32,000 nucleotides of DNA from Anaeromusa acidaminophila DSM 3853. Lineage in GTDB: Bacteria; Bacillota; Negativicutes; Anaeromusales; Anaeromusaceae. The stretch spans positions 39,221-71,220 of the forward strand of contig NZ_KB894589.1 of NCBI RefSeq assembly GCF_000374545.1, in the 5' to 3' direction. A program made the position numbers and the translations under genes. Shown one piece after another: positions 23,910-32,000 of this stretch (position 1 is the first letter of the stretch; each line of letters opens with the position of its first letter). The notes under the pieces were generated by a model that saw nothing but the letters and a program-made list of their open reading frames with translations, had not been told where the DNA came from and ran no database searches.

Positions 23910-23968
23910 CAGAGAAAGAGTTGCTGCAGAGTACAGGGTATTCTGTAGCAACTCTTTCTGTTGTTTTG
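23910..23968 (+). terminator. long hairpin with a T-rich tail between lpxA and lpxI (terminator-like or attenuator)
   Basis: CAGAGAAAGAGTTGCTGCAGA (23910-23930) pairs with TCTGTAGCAACTCTTTCTG (23942-23960), about 19 bp with one bulge and one mismatch, followed by TTGTTTTGG. Confidence 0.55.
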
Positions 23969-24017
23969 GAGACACTAGTTTCTTTTTTGTACTAATTTGG
24001 ATATGGGAGCGGTGAAT

Positions 24018-24824
24018 ATGCAGAAAATCGGTTTGCTTGCCGGCGTCGGACGACTGCCGGTTGATTTTGCGTTCTGTGCGCGGAATTTAGGGTTGGCGGT
24101 AGTGGCAATTGCTGTGTTGCCTACGGTAGAGAACGATTTGGCGGAAGCGGCCTCTGTATATTATCAGATTGGTGTTGGTCAACTGCAGCTTTTAGTGGAT
24201 ACCCTTCGTAAAGAAGAGGTTTCTCAGGTTACCATGCTTGGAAAAGTAACCAAGGAACTGCTTTTTTCCGGTGCCGTAGAGTTGGATGGCCGGTTTCAAA
24301 GGCTGTTGACGTCATTGCCAGATCAAAAGGATGATACCATTTTACTGGCGTTAGTGAAAGAATTGGCCCAAGAAGGCATTCAAGTGGCGGATCAAACCGC
24401 TTTGTTGAAAATGCTGCTGCCGCAGCCTGGCGTTTTGAGTAAACGACAACCTACCGAAAGCGAATTGGCGGATATGGAGTTTGGTTTGTCCATGGCTAGA
24501 GAAATAGGCGCACTGGACATCGGACAAACGGTCGTAGTAAAAGATAGAGCCGTCATGGCTGTAGAGGCTATAGAAGGAACCGACGCTTGCATTCGCCGGG
24601 GCGGCGTTTTAGCCGGCGGCGCCGGCGCTGTAGTGGCTAAAGCGGCTAAACCGCAGCAAGACCAACGATTTGATATGCCTGGCGCAGGTCCGGCAACCAT
24701 TCGCTCTATGATTGAAGCCGGTGCGTCCGCGCTTGTGTTGGAAGCTGGAAAAACGTTGCTTGTAGACCGTGCAGAAGCCATCGCTTTGGCAGATGCGCAC
24801 AATATCGCTATTGTGGTAAAATAA
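24018..24824 (+). CDS. lpxI: UDP-2,3-diacylglucosamine hydrolase LpxI (DUF1009 family)
   Basis: ATG at 24018 lies 8 nt after GGGAG (24005-24009). MQKIGLLAG.G.LP start. LpxI-type motif DIGQTVVVKDRAVMAVEAIEGTDACIRRGG and QDQRFDMP. Confidence 0.8.
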   Translation: MQKIGLLAGVGRLPVDFAFCARNLGLAVVAIAVLPTVENDLAEAASVYYQIGVGQLQLLVDTLRKEEVSQVTMLGKVTKELLFSGAVELDGRFQRLLTSLPDQKDDTILLALVKELAQEGIQVADQTALLKMLLPQPGVLSKRQPTESELADMEFGLSMAREIGALDIGQTVVVKDRAVMAVEAIEGTDACIRRGGVLAGGAGAVVAKAAKPQQDQRFDMPGAGPATIRSMIEAGASALVLEAGKTLLVDRAEAIALADAHNIAIVVK

Positions 24825-24833
24825 TTGTGAATA

Positions 24834-24916
24834 AACACAGAGTAACAGAGGTTCAGAGGAGAAGCCGCCAGAATATATATTCTTTGGTTTTCTCTGTTCC
24901 TTCGTTACTCTGTGTT
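24834..24916. repeat. 83-nt imperfect palindrome between lpxI and lpxB (divergent member of the repeat family?)
   Basis: The outer 13 bp are perfectly complementary (AACACAGAGTAAC at 24834-24846 / GTTACTCTGTGTT at 24904-24916). Central AGAATAT/ATATTCT (24870-24883). The arm start GAATAAACACAGAG resembles GAATTTTAACAGGAG. Confidence 0.7.
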
Positions 24917-24950
24917 CCGTACTCTTTAAACGATTCTAGGAGGATGTTTC

Positions 24951-26105
24951 ATGTGTAAAATCATGCTTTCCGCCGGTGAAGCCTCTGGTGATCTTCATGG
25001 CGCAGGCATTGCAGCGGCGTTGCGCGCCATGAATCCGGACGTGCGTTTATTTGGCATGGGCGGTGCGGCTATGCGCCGCGAAGGCGTGGACATTCTCTAT
25101 GATATTGCCGACCTGGGCGTTATTGGCATAGTGGAAGTTATTAAAAATCTTCCCCGGTTGTTTCGCTTGCGCGATGAGTTAGCAGCGGCGATGGATCGGG
25201 AGAAACCGGATATTTTAGTTACGATTGATTATCCGGGTTTTAATATGCGCTTGGCAAAAATCGCGAAAGCCAAAGGCATTCGAGTGGTTTCCTATATAGC
25301 CCCTTCCGTATGGGCTTGGGGTGAGTGGCGGGCGAAGGGCGTTGTGCGCTCGGTTGATCATATTGCTTCTATTTTCCCCTTTGAGGCGGAACTGTACCGG
25401 CGCTACGGCGGCAATGTGACCTATGTGGGGCATCCTTTGCTCGATTTGGTGGGAACGAAACGCAATGTGGCAGAAGCAAGAGGTTTTCTGAAATTGCAAC
25501 CGCAGGAGCGAGTCGTTTTGCTGTTGCCTGGGAGCCGGAAACAAGAAATCAAGGGATTGCTGCCTATGTTTTTGCAGGCAGCTAAGCAAGTGGCGGCGAC
25601 GGTGCCGGAAGTGGTATTTGTGTTGCCTCTGGCTTCAACAGTAGCGGAAGACATGGTGCAGCCTGCGATTCAAGCAGCTGGCATTCATGTTCGTTTGGTG
25701 CGAGAGCATTTGTACGATTGGATGCAAGCAGCGGAAGCGGCCATGGCGGCTTCCGGTACGGTGACCTTGGAAGCGGCCTTGATGAATTTGCCCTGTGTTG
25801 TGACATATAAGGTGAATTCCTTGACCTATGGATTGGGAAAATTGTTGGTAAAATTGCCTTATATCAGCTTGCCCAACATTATTGCGGGTTGTCAGGTTGT
25901 ACCGGAACTCGTCCAAAATGAAGCGCAGCCGCAGCGGTTGGCGGCGGAGGTAGTAAAGTATTTGCAGGATGCTGGGTATTATGCGGCTACGAAGCGCTCT
26001 TTGGAGGAAGTCCGACGCAAGTTGGGAGAAAATGGCGCCGTTCAGCGTGTAGCGGCTTTAATTTTAGCGGAAGCGTCCGACTGCAGGAGGAAAGCCCATG
26101 AATAG
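24951..26105 (+). CDS. lpxB: lipid-A-disaccharide synthase
   Basis: AGGAGG (24938-24943) lies 7 nt before the ATG. N-terminal SAGEASGDLHGA motif typical of LpxB. GT-B fold length (384 aa). Confidence 0.9.
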   Translation: MCKIMLSAGEASGDLHGAGIAAALRAMNPDVRLFGMGGAAMRREGVDILYDIADLGVIGIVEVIKNLPRLFRLRDELAAAMDREKPDILVTIDYPGFNMRLAKIAKAKGIRVVSYIAPSVWAWGEWRAKGVVRSVDHIASIFPFEAELYRRYGGNVTYVGHPLLDLVGTKRNVAEARGFLKLQPQERVVLLLPGSRKQEIKGLLPMFLQAAKQVAATVPEVVFVLPLASTVAEDMVQPAIQAAGIHVRLVREHLYDWMQAAEAAMAASGTVTLEAALMNLPCVVTYKVNSLTYGLGKLLVKLPYISLPNIIAGCQVVPELVQNEAQPQRLAAEVVKYLQDAGYYAATKRSLEEVRRKLGENGAVQRVAALILAEASDCRRKAHE

Positions 26106-27843
26106 CTATATGCGGCTGTTAAAATATTTGCGACCTTATTTACCTAGGCTGGGAATGGCGATTTTTTGCATAGTCTTAGCTTCCGCGGCGAATTTATATG
26201 TTCCCTGGATTATTAAAGACGTGATTGATAGAGTCTTAGCCGAAAAAGATATGATGATGCTCAATCTAATTGCAGGCGGCATCGTCGTGGTTTTTTTGTT
26301 GCGCGGCATTTTCTTCTACGGGCAAAGTTATTTGATGGCCTATGTGGGACAAAGAATTGTCATTGATATACGCGAAGATATCTATCGCCATTTGCAAAGA
26401 TTGTCACTTTCCTTTTACTCGCGTAATTCCACCGGGAATATAATGAGTCATGTTACGAATGACGTAGCGGCGGTACAAGGGGCGTTGGCGGATACGCTGA
26501 TTGAACTGATTACGGAGAGTGTTATCCTGATCGGCTCCATTGGCGCTATGTTCTTTTTACACTGGAAGCTTGCTCTATTTACCTTCATCACGGTGCCCTT
26601 GGTGGGGCAAACTATCAATATATTTGGTAAAAAATTGCGCGCTTCCGGCAATGTGATGCAAGTGAAAGTGGCGGATATTACTTCAGTTTTGCAAGAAGCT
26701 ATTTCTTCTATCCGCGTCATCAAGTCCTTCGCGCGGGAAGATTTTGAAATTGAACGCTTTCAAAAAGAAAATTTTTCTAATTTCCGGGCGCAGATGAAAA
26801 ACGCTCAGCTTATGGCAACGCTGACTCCTCTCATTGAATTTTTGGCGGCGATCGGCGTAACTCTGATTATCTGGTATGGCGGCTGGGAAGTAATTCACGG
26901 GGATTTGACGGCAGGCGCGTTGATTGCCTTCTTGATTTATGCCGTTAATTTATCCAATCCGGTCAAACGAATCAGCAAATCCTACGGGGTAGTGCAGCGT
27001 GCTTTAGCTGCGGCGCAACGTGTTTTTGAAGTAATCGATACTCAACCGGAGGTTCAGGATGCAGAAGATGCAGTTATATTGCAAAACTCTCAAGGGCATT
27101 TAGTGTTTGAGGGAGTTGACTTTTCCTATAATCCGGGAGAACCGGCATTGCGCCAGGTGTTTTTTGAAGCGAATCCCGGGCAAATGATTGCCATTGTCGG
27201 TCCTTCTGGCGCGGGAAAAACGACCATTGCCGCCCTGATACCTCGTTTTTACGATCCGCAGCAAGGGACAATTTATCTGGATGGCGTTGACATTCGTACA
27301 GTAACGCAGAAGTCCTTGCGAGAACAAATGGCGATTGTGCCGCAAGAAACGGTATTATTTAATCGATCTGTATATGAAAATATTCGCTATGGTCGTTTAG
27401 AGGCAACGCAGGAAGAAGTCGTAGCCGCAGCTAAAGCGGCTAATGCGCATGATTTTATTACGGCTATGCCCCAAGGCTATGAGACTCCTATTGGCGAACG
27501 GGGTTGCATGCTTTCAGGCGGGCAGCGCCAGCGTATTGCGATTGCCCGGGCTATCTTGCGGGATCCGCGGTTGCTGATTTTGGATGAAGCAACTTCGGCG
27601 TTGGATGTGGAGAGTGAACAGTTGGTGCAAGAAGCCTTGGACAAGCTGATGGTGGGGCGTACTTCGGTGGTTATCGCTCATAGACTATCGACGATTGTCC
27701 GGGCGGATTGTATTTTGGTTATGGATCAGGGACGGATTGTAGAGATGGGCTCCCATGAAGCGTTGCTGCAGGCAGGCGGTTTGTATCAGAAGCTGTACCA
27801 GGTTCAGTTTCGCGATACTGGGGCAGAAAGCGGCGAGGTTTAG
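26098..27843 (+). CDS. msbA: lipid A export ABC transporter (fused permease/ATPase), MsbA-like
   Basis: 8-nt overlap with lpxB. Six-TM exporter domain plus an NBD with Walker A GPSGAGKTT, signature LSGGQRQRIAIARA and Walker B LLILDEATSALD. The lpx-operon context supports MsbA. Confidence 0.8.
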   Translation: MNSYMRLLKYLRPYLPRLGMAIFCIVLASAANLYVPWIIKDVIDRVLAEKDMMMLNLIAGGIVVVFLLRGIFFYGQSYLMAYVGQRIVIDIREDIYRHLQRLSLSFYSRNSTGNIMSHVTNDVAAVQGALADTLIELITESVILIGSIGAMFFLHWKLALFTFITVPLVGQTINIFGKKLRASGNVMQVKVADITSVLQEAISSIRVIKSFAREDFEIERFQKENFSNFRAQMKNAQLMATLTPLIEFLAAIGVTLIIWYGGWEVIHGDLTAGALIAFLIYAVNLSNPVKRISKSYGVVQRALAAAQRVFEVIDTQPEVQDAEDAVILQNSQGHLVFEGVDFSYNPGEPALRQVFFEANPGQMIAIVGPSGAGKTTIAALIPRFYDPQQGTIYLDGVDIRTVTQKSLREQMAIVPQETVLFNRSVYENIRYGRLEATQEEVVAAAKAANAHDFITAMPQGYETPIGERGCMLSGGQRQRIAIARAILRDPRLLILDEATSALDVESEQLVQEALDKLMVGRTSVVIAHRLSTIVRADCILVMDQGRIVEMGSHEALLQAGGLYQKLYQVQFRDTGAESGEV

Positions 27844-27846
27844 ACG

Positions 27847-29133
27847 ATGCGCTTTTTTTACAATCTCATGACTGTTATACTAGTGATAGCTGCTATGCCT
27901 GTATTTGCTTATCGGTGTATCCGACAAGACGGTTTTGGCGAACGTTTGCGACAGAGCTTCGGGTACTTACCTGCGCATGCGTTGGATAAGGTGGCGAACA
28001 AGAATTGCATTTGGCTGCATGCGGCGTCGGTGGGAGAAATTGTTGCTACCAGTCCTTTAGTGAAAGAACTGAAGCAGGCTATGCCGGAAACGCCGGTCTT
28101 AGTGTCGGTCGTTACGGCCAGCGGGTATTCTATGGCTAAACGCATTCTGACGGATGTGGATGGATTGATTTTTTTTCCTTTGGATTTACCATGGCTGCCG
28201 CGCAGGGTGCTGGCCCAAGTGAGGCCTCAAGCTTTTTTGCTGGTGGAGACGGAATTATGGCCGAACTTCTTGTATGCGGCTAAACAATATAAGATCCCTG
28301 TGATGATGGTAAACGGACGAATCAGTGATCGCAGTGTCAAGCGATATCATTATCTTAAAGGCATTTTACGGGATATGCTGGACACGGTGGAGCGTTTTTG
28401 TATGCAATCTGCCATTGATGAGCAGTATATTATTCAACTGGGCGCTGATCCCCATAGAGTGGTAGTGACAGGTAATACTAAGTTTGACCAAACCTACACG
28501 CACGTGTCGCCAGAGGAAAGAGAAATATTGAAGCAAGAGCTGACTCTTACTGGACACGCGCCGATTTTGGTTGCCGGCAGTACTCATGCAGGGGAAGAGG
28601 AAGTGCTTCTTAAGGCCTTTTTAAGAATAAGGGAAGAATATCCTCAGGCGGCTTTGATTTTAGCTCCGCGGGAAATTTTACGCGTAGATGAATTGGTGAA
28701 GCTGTGTTTGGCGAAGGGATTGCCTGTACGTCGTCGTACGCAACAAGCCAATCAGGGCGGGCAAGGCGGCGTGGTCATTCTGGATACTATCGGGGAATTA
28801 GGACGCATTTATAGTGTTGGTGATGTTGTTTTTGTCGGCGGTAGCCTGGTGGCACATGGAGGTCATAATATTTTAGAACCGGCGGCGCATGGCAAAGCAA
28901 TTTTAATTGGTCCTCATATGTTTAACTTTAAAGAAACGTATGCTTTATTTTCTGGAAGACAGGCGTGTAGTACGGTCTGTGATGCGCAAGAGCTAACAGA
29001 AACCGTATTGCACTTGCTGCAAGACAGCGAGGAGCGCCAGCGCATGGAAGCGTTGACACTGGATATTGTCCGCGAAAATAAAGGGGCTTCCCAGAGAAGC
29101 ATTTGCTATTTGCAGGAACTTTTGCAAAAATAG
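27847..29133 (+). CDS. waaA: 3-deoxy-D-manno-octulosonic acid (Kdo) transferase
   Basis: N-terminal anchor. WLHAASVGE motif typical of WaaA/KdtA. GT30-like length (428 aa). Confidence 0.85.
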   Translation: MRFFYNLMTVILVIAAMPVFAYRCIRQDGFGERLRQSFGYLPAHALDKVANKNCIWLHAASVGEIVATSPLVKELKQAMPETPVLVSVVTASGYSMAKRILTDVDGLIFFPLDLPWLPRRVLAQVRPQAFLLVETELWPNFLYAAKQYKIPVMMVNGRISDRSVKRYHYLKGILRDMLDTVERFCMQSAIDEQYIIQLGADPHRVVVTGNTKFDQTYTHVSPEEREILKQELTLTGHAPILVAGSTHAGEEEVLLKAFLRIREEYPQAALILAPREILRVDELVKLCLAKGLPVRRRTQQANQGGQGGVVILDTIGELGRIYSVGDVVFVGGSLVAHGGHNILEPAAHGKAILIGPHMFNFKETYALFSGRQACSTVCDAQELTETVLHLLQDSEERQRMEALTLDIVRENKGASQRSICYLQELLQK

Positions 29134-29178
29134 CGAAGCTCTTGAACAGAGCCAACTACGAGAGAAGGCGGGGCATGT

Positions 29179-30342
29179 ATGCGCCAACGAGAAGCGATTC
29201 AGTCATATTTATATCAATTAGTGCACGGGAAAGAAACAGGAATACTAGGAAAGCTTATTTTGCTATTCTTGCGTGTTTCTTCCTGGCTTTACGGCGCTGG
29301 CCTGACTTTCAAGCTTAACCTGTATCGGTGGGGCTTGCGAAAACGGTACAAGCTTCCCTGTAAAGTCATTAGTTTAGGCAACGTCACTGTTGGCGGCACA
29401 GGCAAGACGCCGACGGCGCAACGGTTGGCGGCGATTATTCGCGATATGGGATATCGGGTTGTGCTTTTGAACCGAGGATACCGGGCAAAATGGAGAGGGA
29501 CCGTAGGATTGGTTTCTGACGGGAAGCGAACTTTTATGACGGCCAGCGAAGCTGGAGATGAAGCTTTTTTATTAGCAAAAAATCTACCGGGAGTTCCGGT
29601 GGTAATTGGCAGGAATCGCGCTGTTACCGGCGAATATGCCGTTCGGGAGTTGAAGGCGCAGGTCGTCATTTTGGACGACGGCTACCAACATTGGCAGCTT
29701 ATGCGGGATCTGGATATTGTTTTGATTGATACATTAAACGTATTCGGTAATCGCTATTTGTTGCCGCGAGGCACTTTAAGGGAGCCGTTAGCTCATTTGG
29801 ACAGGGCTCATGCATGCTTATTGACCAAAGTAGACCAATCCAGCCCGGACACAAGGGATATCATACGCAGTACTGTGCACCAGTACAATGCAGATGCGGC
29901 TATTATTGAGAGCGTGCATCAACCTAGACATTGTATTGAAATAAGAGAATGGTATCAGGGACACCCTCCGCAAAAACTGCCTCTTTCTGAAATCGCAGGA
30001 GTCAAGATTATGGCGCTTTCGGCTATTGGCAACCCTTCTTCTTTTGAACAAACCATTTCCGATATCGGCGCCTGTGTGGTTGCGTCTGCTCGGTATGAGG
30101 ACCACCATGACTATACGATGGTGGAAATGCAGCAGGTTATGCAAGAAGCGGTGGAAGCTGGAGTAAAAGCGATTATTACAACCGAAAAAGATGCCGTTAA
30201 GATACCGGCTGAATTTATTCACTCGGACCGTCCTTTGCCTGTCTATATTTTAGGGATTGAATTGCGTTTTATGGACGGCTGCTACGAACAGCTCTTGGAG
30301 CTCATTCGCCGCGTAGTGGAAGGAGAGAAACGAGAAGTATGA
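29179..30342 (+). CDS. lpxK: tetraacyldisaccharide 4'-kinase
   Basis: LpxK P-loop GNVTVGGTGKTP and the DDGYQH motif. Confidence 0.9.
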   Translation: MRQREAIQSYLYQLVHGKETGILGKLILLFLRVSSWLYGAGLTFKLNLYRWGLRKRYKLPCKVISLGNVTVGGTGKTPTAQRLAAIIRDMGYRVVLLNRGYRAKWRGTVGLVSDGKRTFMTASEAGDEAFLLAKNLPGVPVVIGRNRAVTGEYAVRELKAQVVILDDGYQHWQLMRDLDIVLIDTLNVFGNRYLLPRGTLREPLAHLDRAHACLLTKVDQSSPDTRDIIRSTVHQYNADAAIIESVHQPRHCIEIREWYQGHPPQKLPLSEIAGVKIMALSAIGNPSSFEQTISDIGACVVASARYEDHHDYTMVEMQQVMQEAVEAGVKAIITTEKDAVKIPAEFIHSDRPLPVYILGIELRFMDGCYEQLLELIRRVVEGEKREV

Positions 30343-31070
30343 AAACCGTATGTGTGATTCCGGCGCGGTATGCATCCACAAGGCTGCCGGGAAAACCGCT
30401 GGCGTTGTTGGCGGGTAAGCCGATGATTCAGCATGTCTATGAGCAGGCTGTTCAAGCGCAAGGGATTCAGGAGGTTTTGGTCGCTACTGATGACGAACGC
30501 ATTTTAAAAGCAGTGGAGGCTTTCGGCGGGCGGGCGGTACTTACTTCCAGCACTCATCCTACCGGAACGGATCGATTGGCGGAAGTCGCCCGCGAGCATA
30601 CGGATGCAGATATTATTATCAATGTTCAAGGCGATGAGCCTCTCGTGGAGCCGCAAGTTATTGAAGCCTTGGCGGCGTCTTTTGTAGAGCGGCCCGGTTT
30701 GCAAATGGCTACTTTATGTACGCCGTTGCTGCCAGAGGAAGCGGTTCAGGACAGTGTGGTCAAGGTGGTCATGGATCAGCAAGGCTATGCTTTGTATTTC
30801 TCACGTTCGTTGATTCCTTTTCCACGTAAAGCAGGTTTGATTCAAGCCTATAAGCACTTGGGGCTTTACGGATACCGGCGGGATTTTTTACTAGAGTACG
30901 CGGCCCTGGAACCGACGCCCTTGGAGCAAACGGAATCTCTTGAACAGTTGCGGGCCTTGGAATACGGTCATAAAATTCTAGTTCTTCCGACGAAACACGC
31001 CTCTGTTGGCGTTGATACGCCGGAAGATCTCAAACGAGTGGAAGCAATCCTGCTGAGCAGGGGAAAATGA
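30339..31070 (+). CDS. kdsB: 3-deoxy-manno-octulosonate cytidylyltransferase (CMP-Kdo synthetase)
   Basis: ATGA overlap with lpxK. IPARYASTRLPGKPL N-terminal motif and NVQGDEPL motif. Confidence 0.9.
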   Translation: MKTVCVIPARYASTRLPGKPLALLAGKPMIQHVYEQAVQAQGIQEVLVATDDERILKAVEAFGGRAVLTSSTHPTGTDRLAEVAREHTDADIIINVQGDEPLVEPQVIEALAASFVERPGLQMATLCTPLLPEEAVQDSVVKVVMDQQGYALYFSRSLIPFPRKAGLIQAYKHLGLYGYRRDFLLEYAALEPTPLEQTESLEQLRALEYGHKILVLPTKHASVGVDTPEDLKRVEAILLSRGK

Positions 31071-31306
31071 TTGAATTTTAAACAGGAGTAGAGGGAGTAA
31101 AGGGAGGGCACGAACTGAATCGTTTCATACTCTTTTTTACAACTAATAGTTCATATTTTGGATAAACTGAAGTCGTATAGTATTTTTATGGAGCAGGGAG
31201 CCGATGCCTTAATGAGTGCTTCGGCAAGTTGAGGGATTTTTCCGGTAGACGCGAAAGAAAACACAGGAATAGCGGCGCTCTTCCGAGGCTTTCTTACAAA
31301 GTCTAA
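31071..31306 (+). repeat. long member of the dispersed intergenic repeat family (arm, AT-rich spacer, 110-nt conserved module), plus orientation
   Basis: The arm GAATTTTAAACAGGAGTAGAGGGAGTAAAGGGAGGGCACGAA starts 2 nt after the kdsB stop. The module at 31197-31306 matches the reverse complement of 16561-16670 at about 92/110 positions. Confidence 0.75.
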
Positions 31307-31357
31307 CGAAAAAAGAGCTAATTTGGCGTAGCAATGAATAAGGCAGCGGAACTCTGA

Positions 31358-32000
<643 letters not shown>

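Noticed and set aside
16561-31306. The idea that the inverted 110-nt pair marks an invertible 14.5-kb DNA segment (a phase-variation switch).
   Set aside because: No recombinase or invertase gene is in the window and the copies are only about 84% identical. Inversion would also detach 16 essential OM/LPS genes from the strong promoter at 16758-16786, which lies inside the segment but would then face the wrong neighbours. A dispersed repeat is the simpler reading.

Overview
The whole 32-kb window is one co-directional (+ strand) gene array. It is an outer-membrane (OM) biogenesis and lipid A-Kdo supercluster of the type found in diderm Firmicutes (Negativicutes-like). Supporting signs are strong AGGAGG Shine-Dalgarno sites, TTGACA/TATAAT sigma-A promoters, and a SpoIVB-type S55 peptidase next to LPS genes. 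Gene order: phosphodiester glycosidase (5' partial), small lipoyl-like membrane protein, S55 peptidase, mlaE, mlaF, long-form mlaD, tolC, tamB, group-3 sigma factor, single-pass membrane protein, bamA, unknown OMP-like protein, three skp/ompH paralogues, lpxD, small unknown OMP-like protein, LpxL-family acyltransferase, lpxC, fabZ, lpxA, lpxI, lpxB, msbA, waaA, lpxK, kdsB, kdsA. The kdsA gene is 3' partial and is missing from the supplied ORF track. I saw no tRNA, rRNA, CRISPR, transposase, integrase or phage genes. Six things are not explained by the gene calls. (1) A family of imperfect, partly palindromic intergenic repeats sits in at least five gaps; it includes a 110-nt module about 84% identical in inverted orientation at 16561-16670 and 31197-31306. 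(2) A perfect 12-bp inverted repeat lies on the tolC promoter, with a related half-copy upstream of lpxA. (3) A sigma factor and a membrane protein are embedded between tamB and bamA. (4) Two uncharacterised proteins with OMP-like C-termini are translationally coupled to bamA and to lpxD. (5) One Skp paralogue has roughly doubled coiled-coil arms and a lipobox. (6) MlaD is about 2.3 times the E. coli length and has an OMP-like C-terminus. All functional calls come from motif recognition by eye; no database search was possible.
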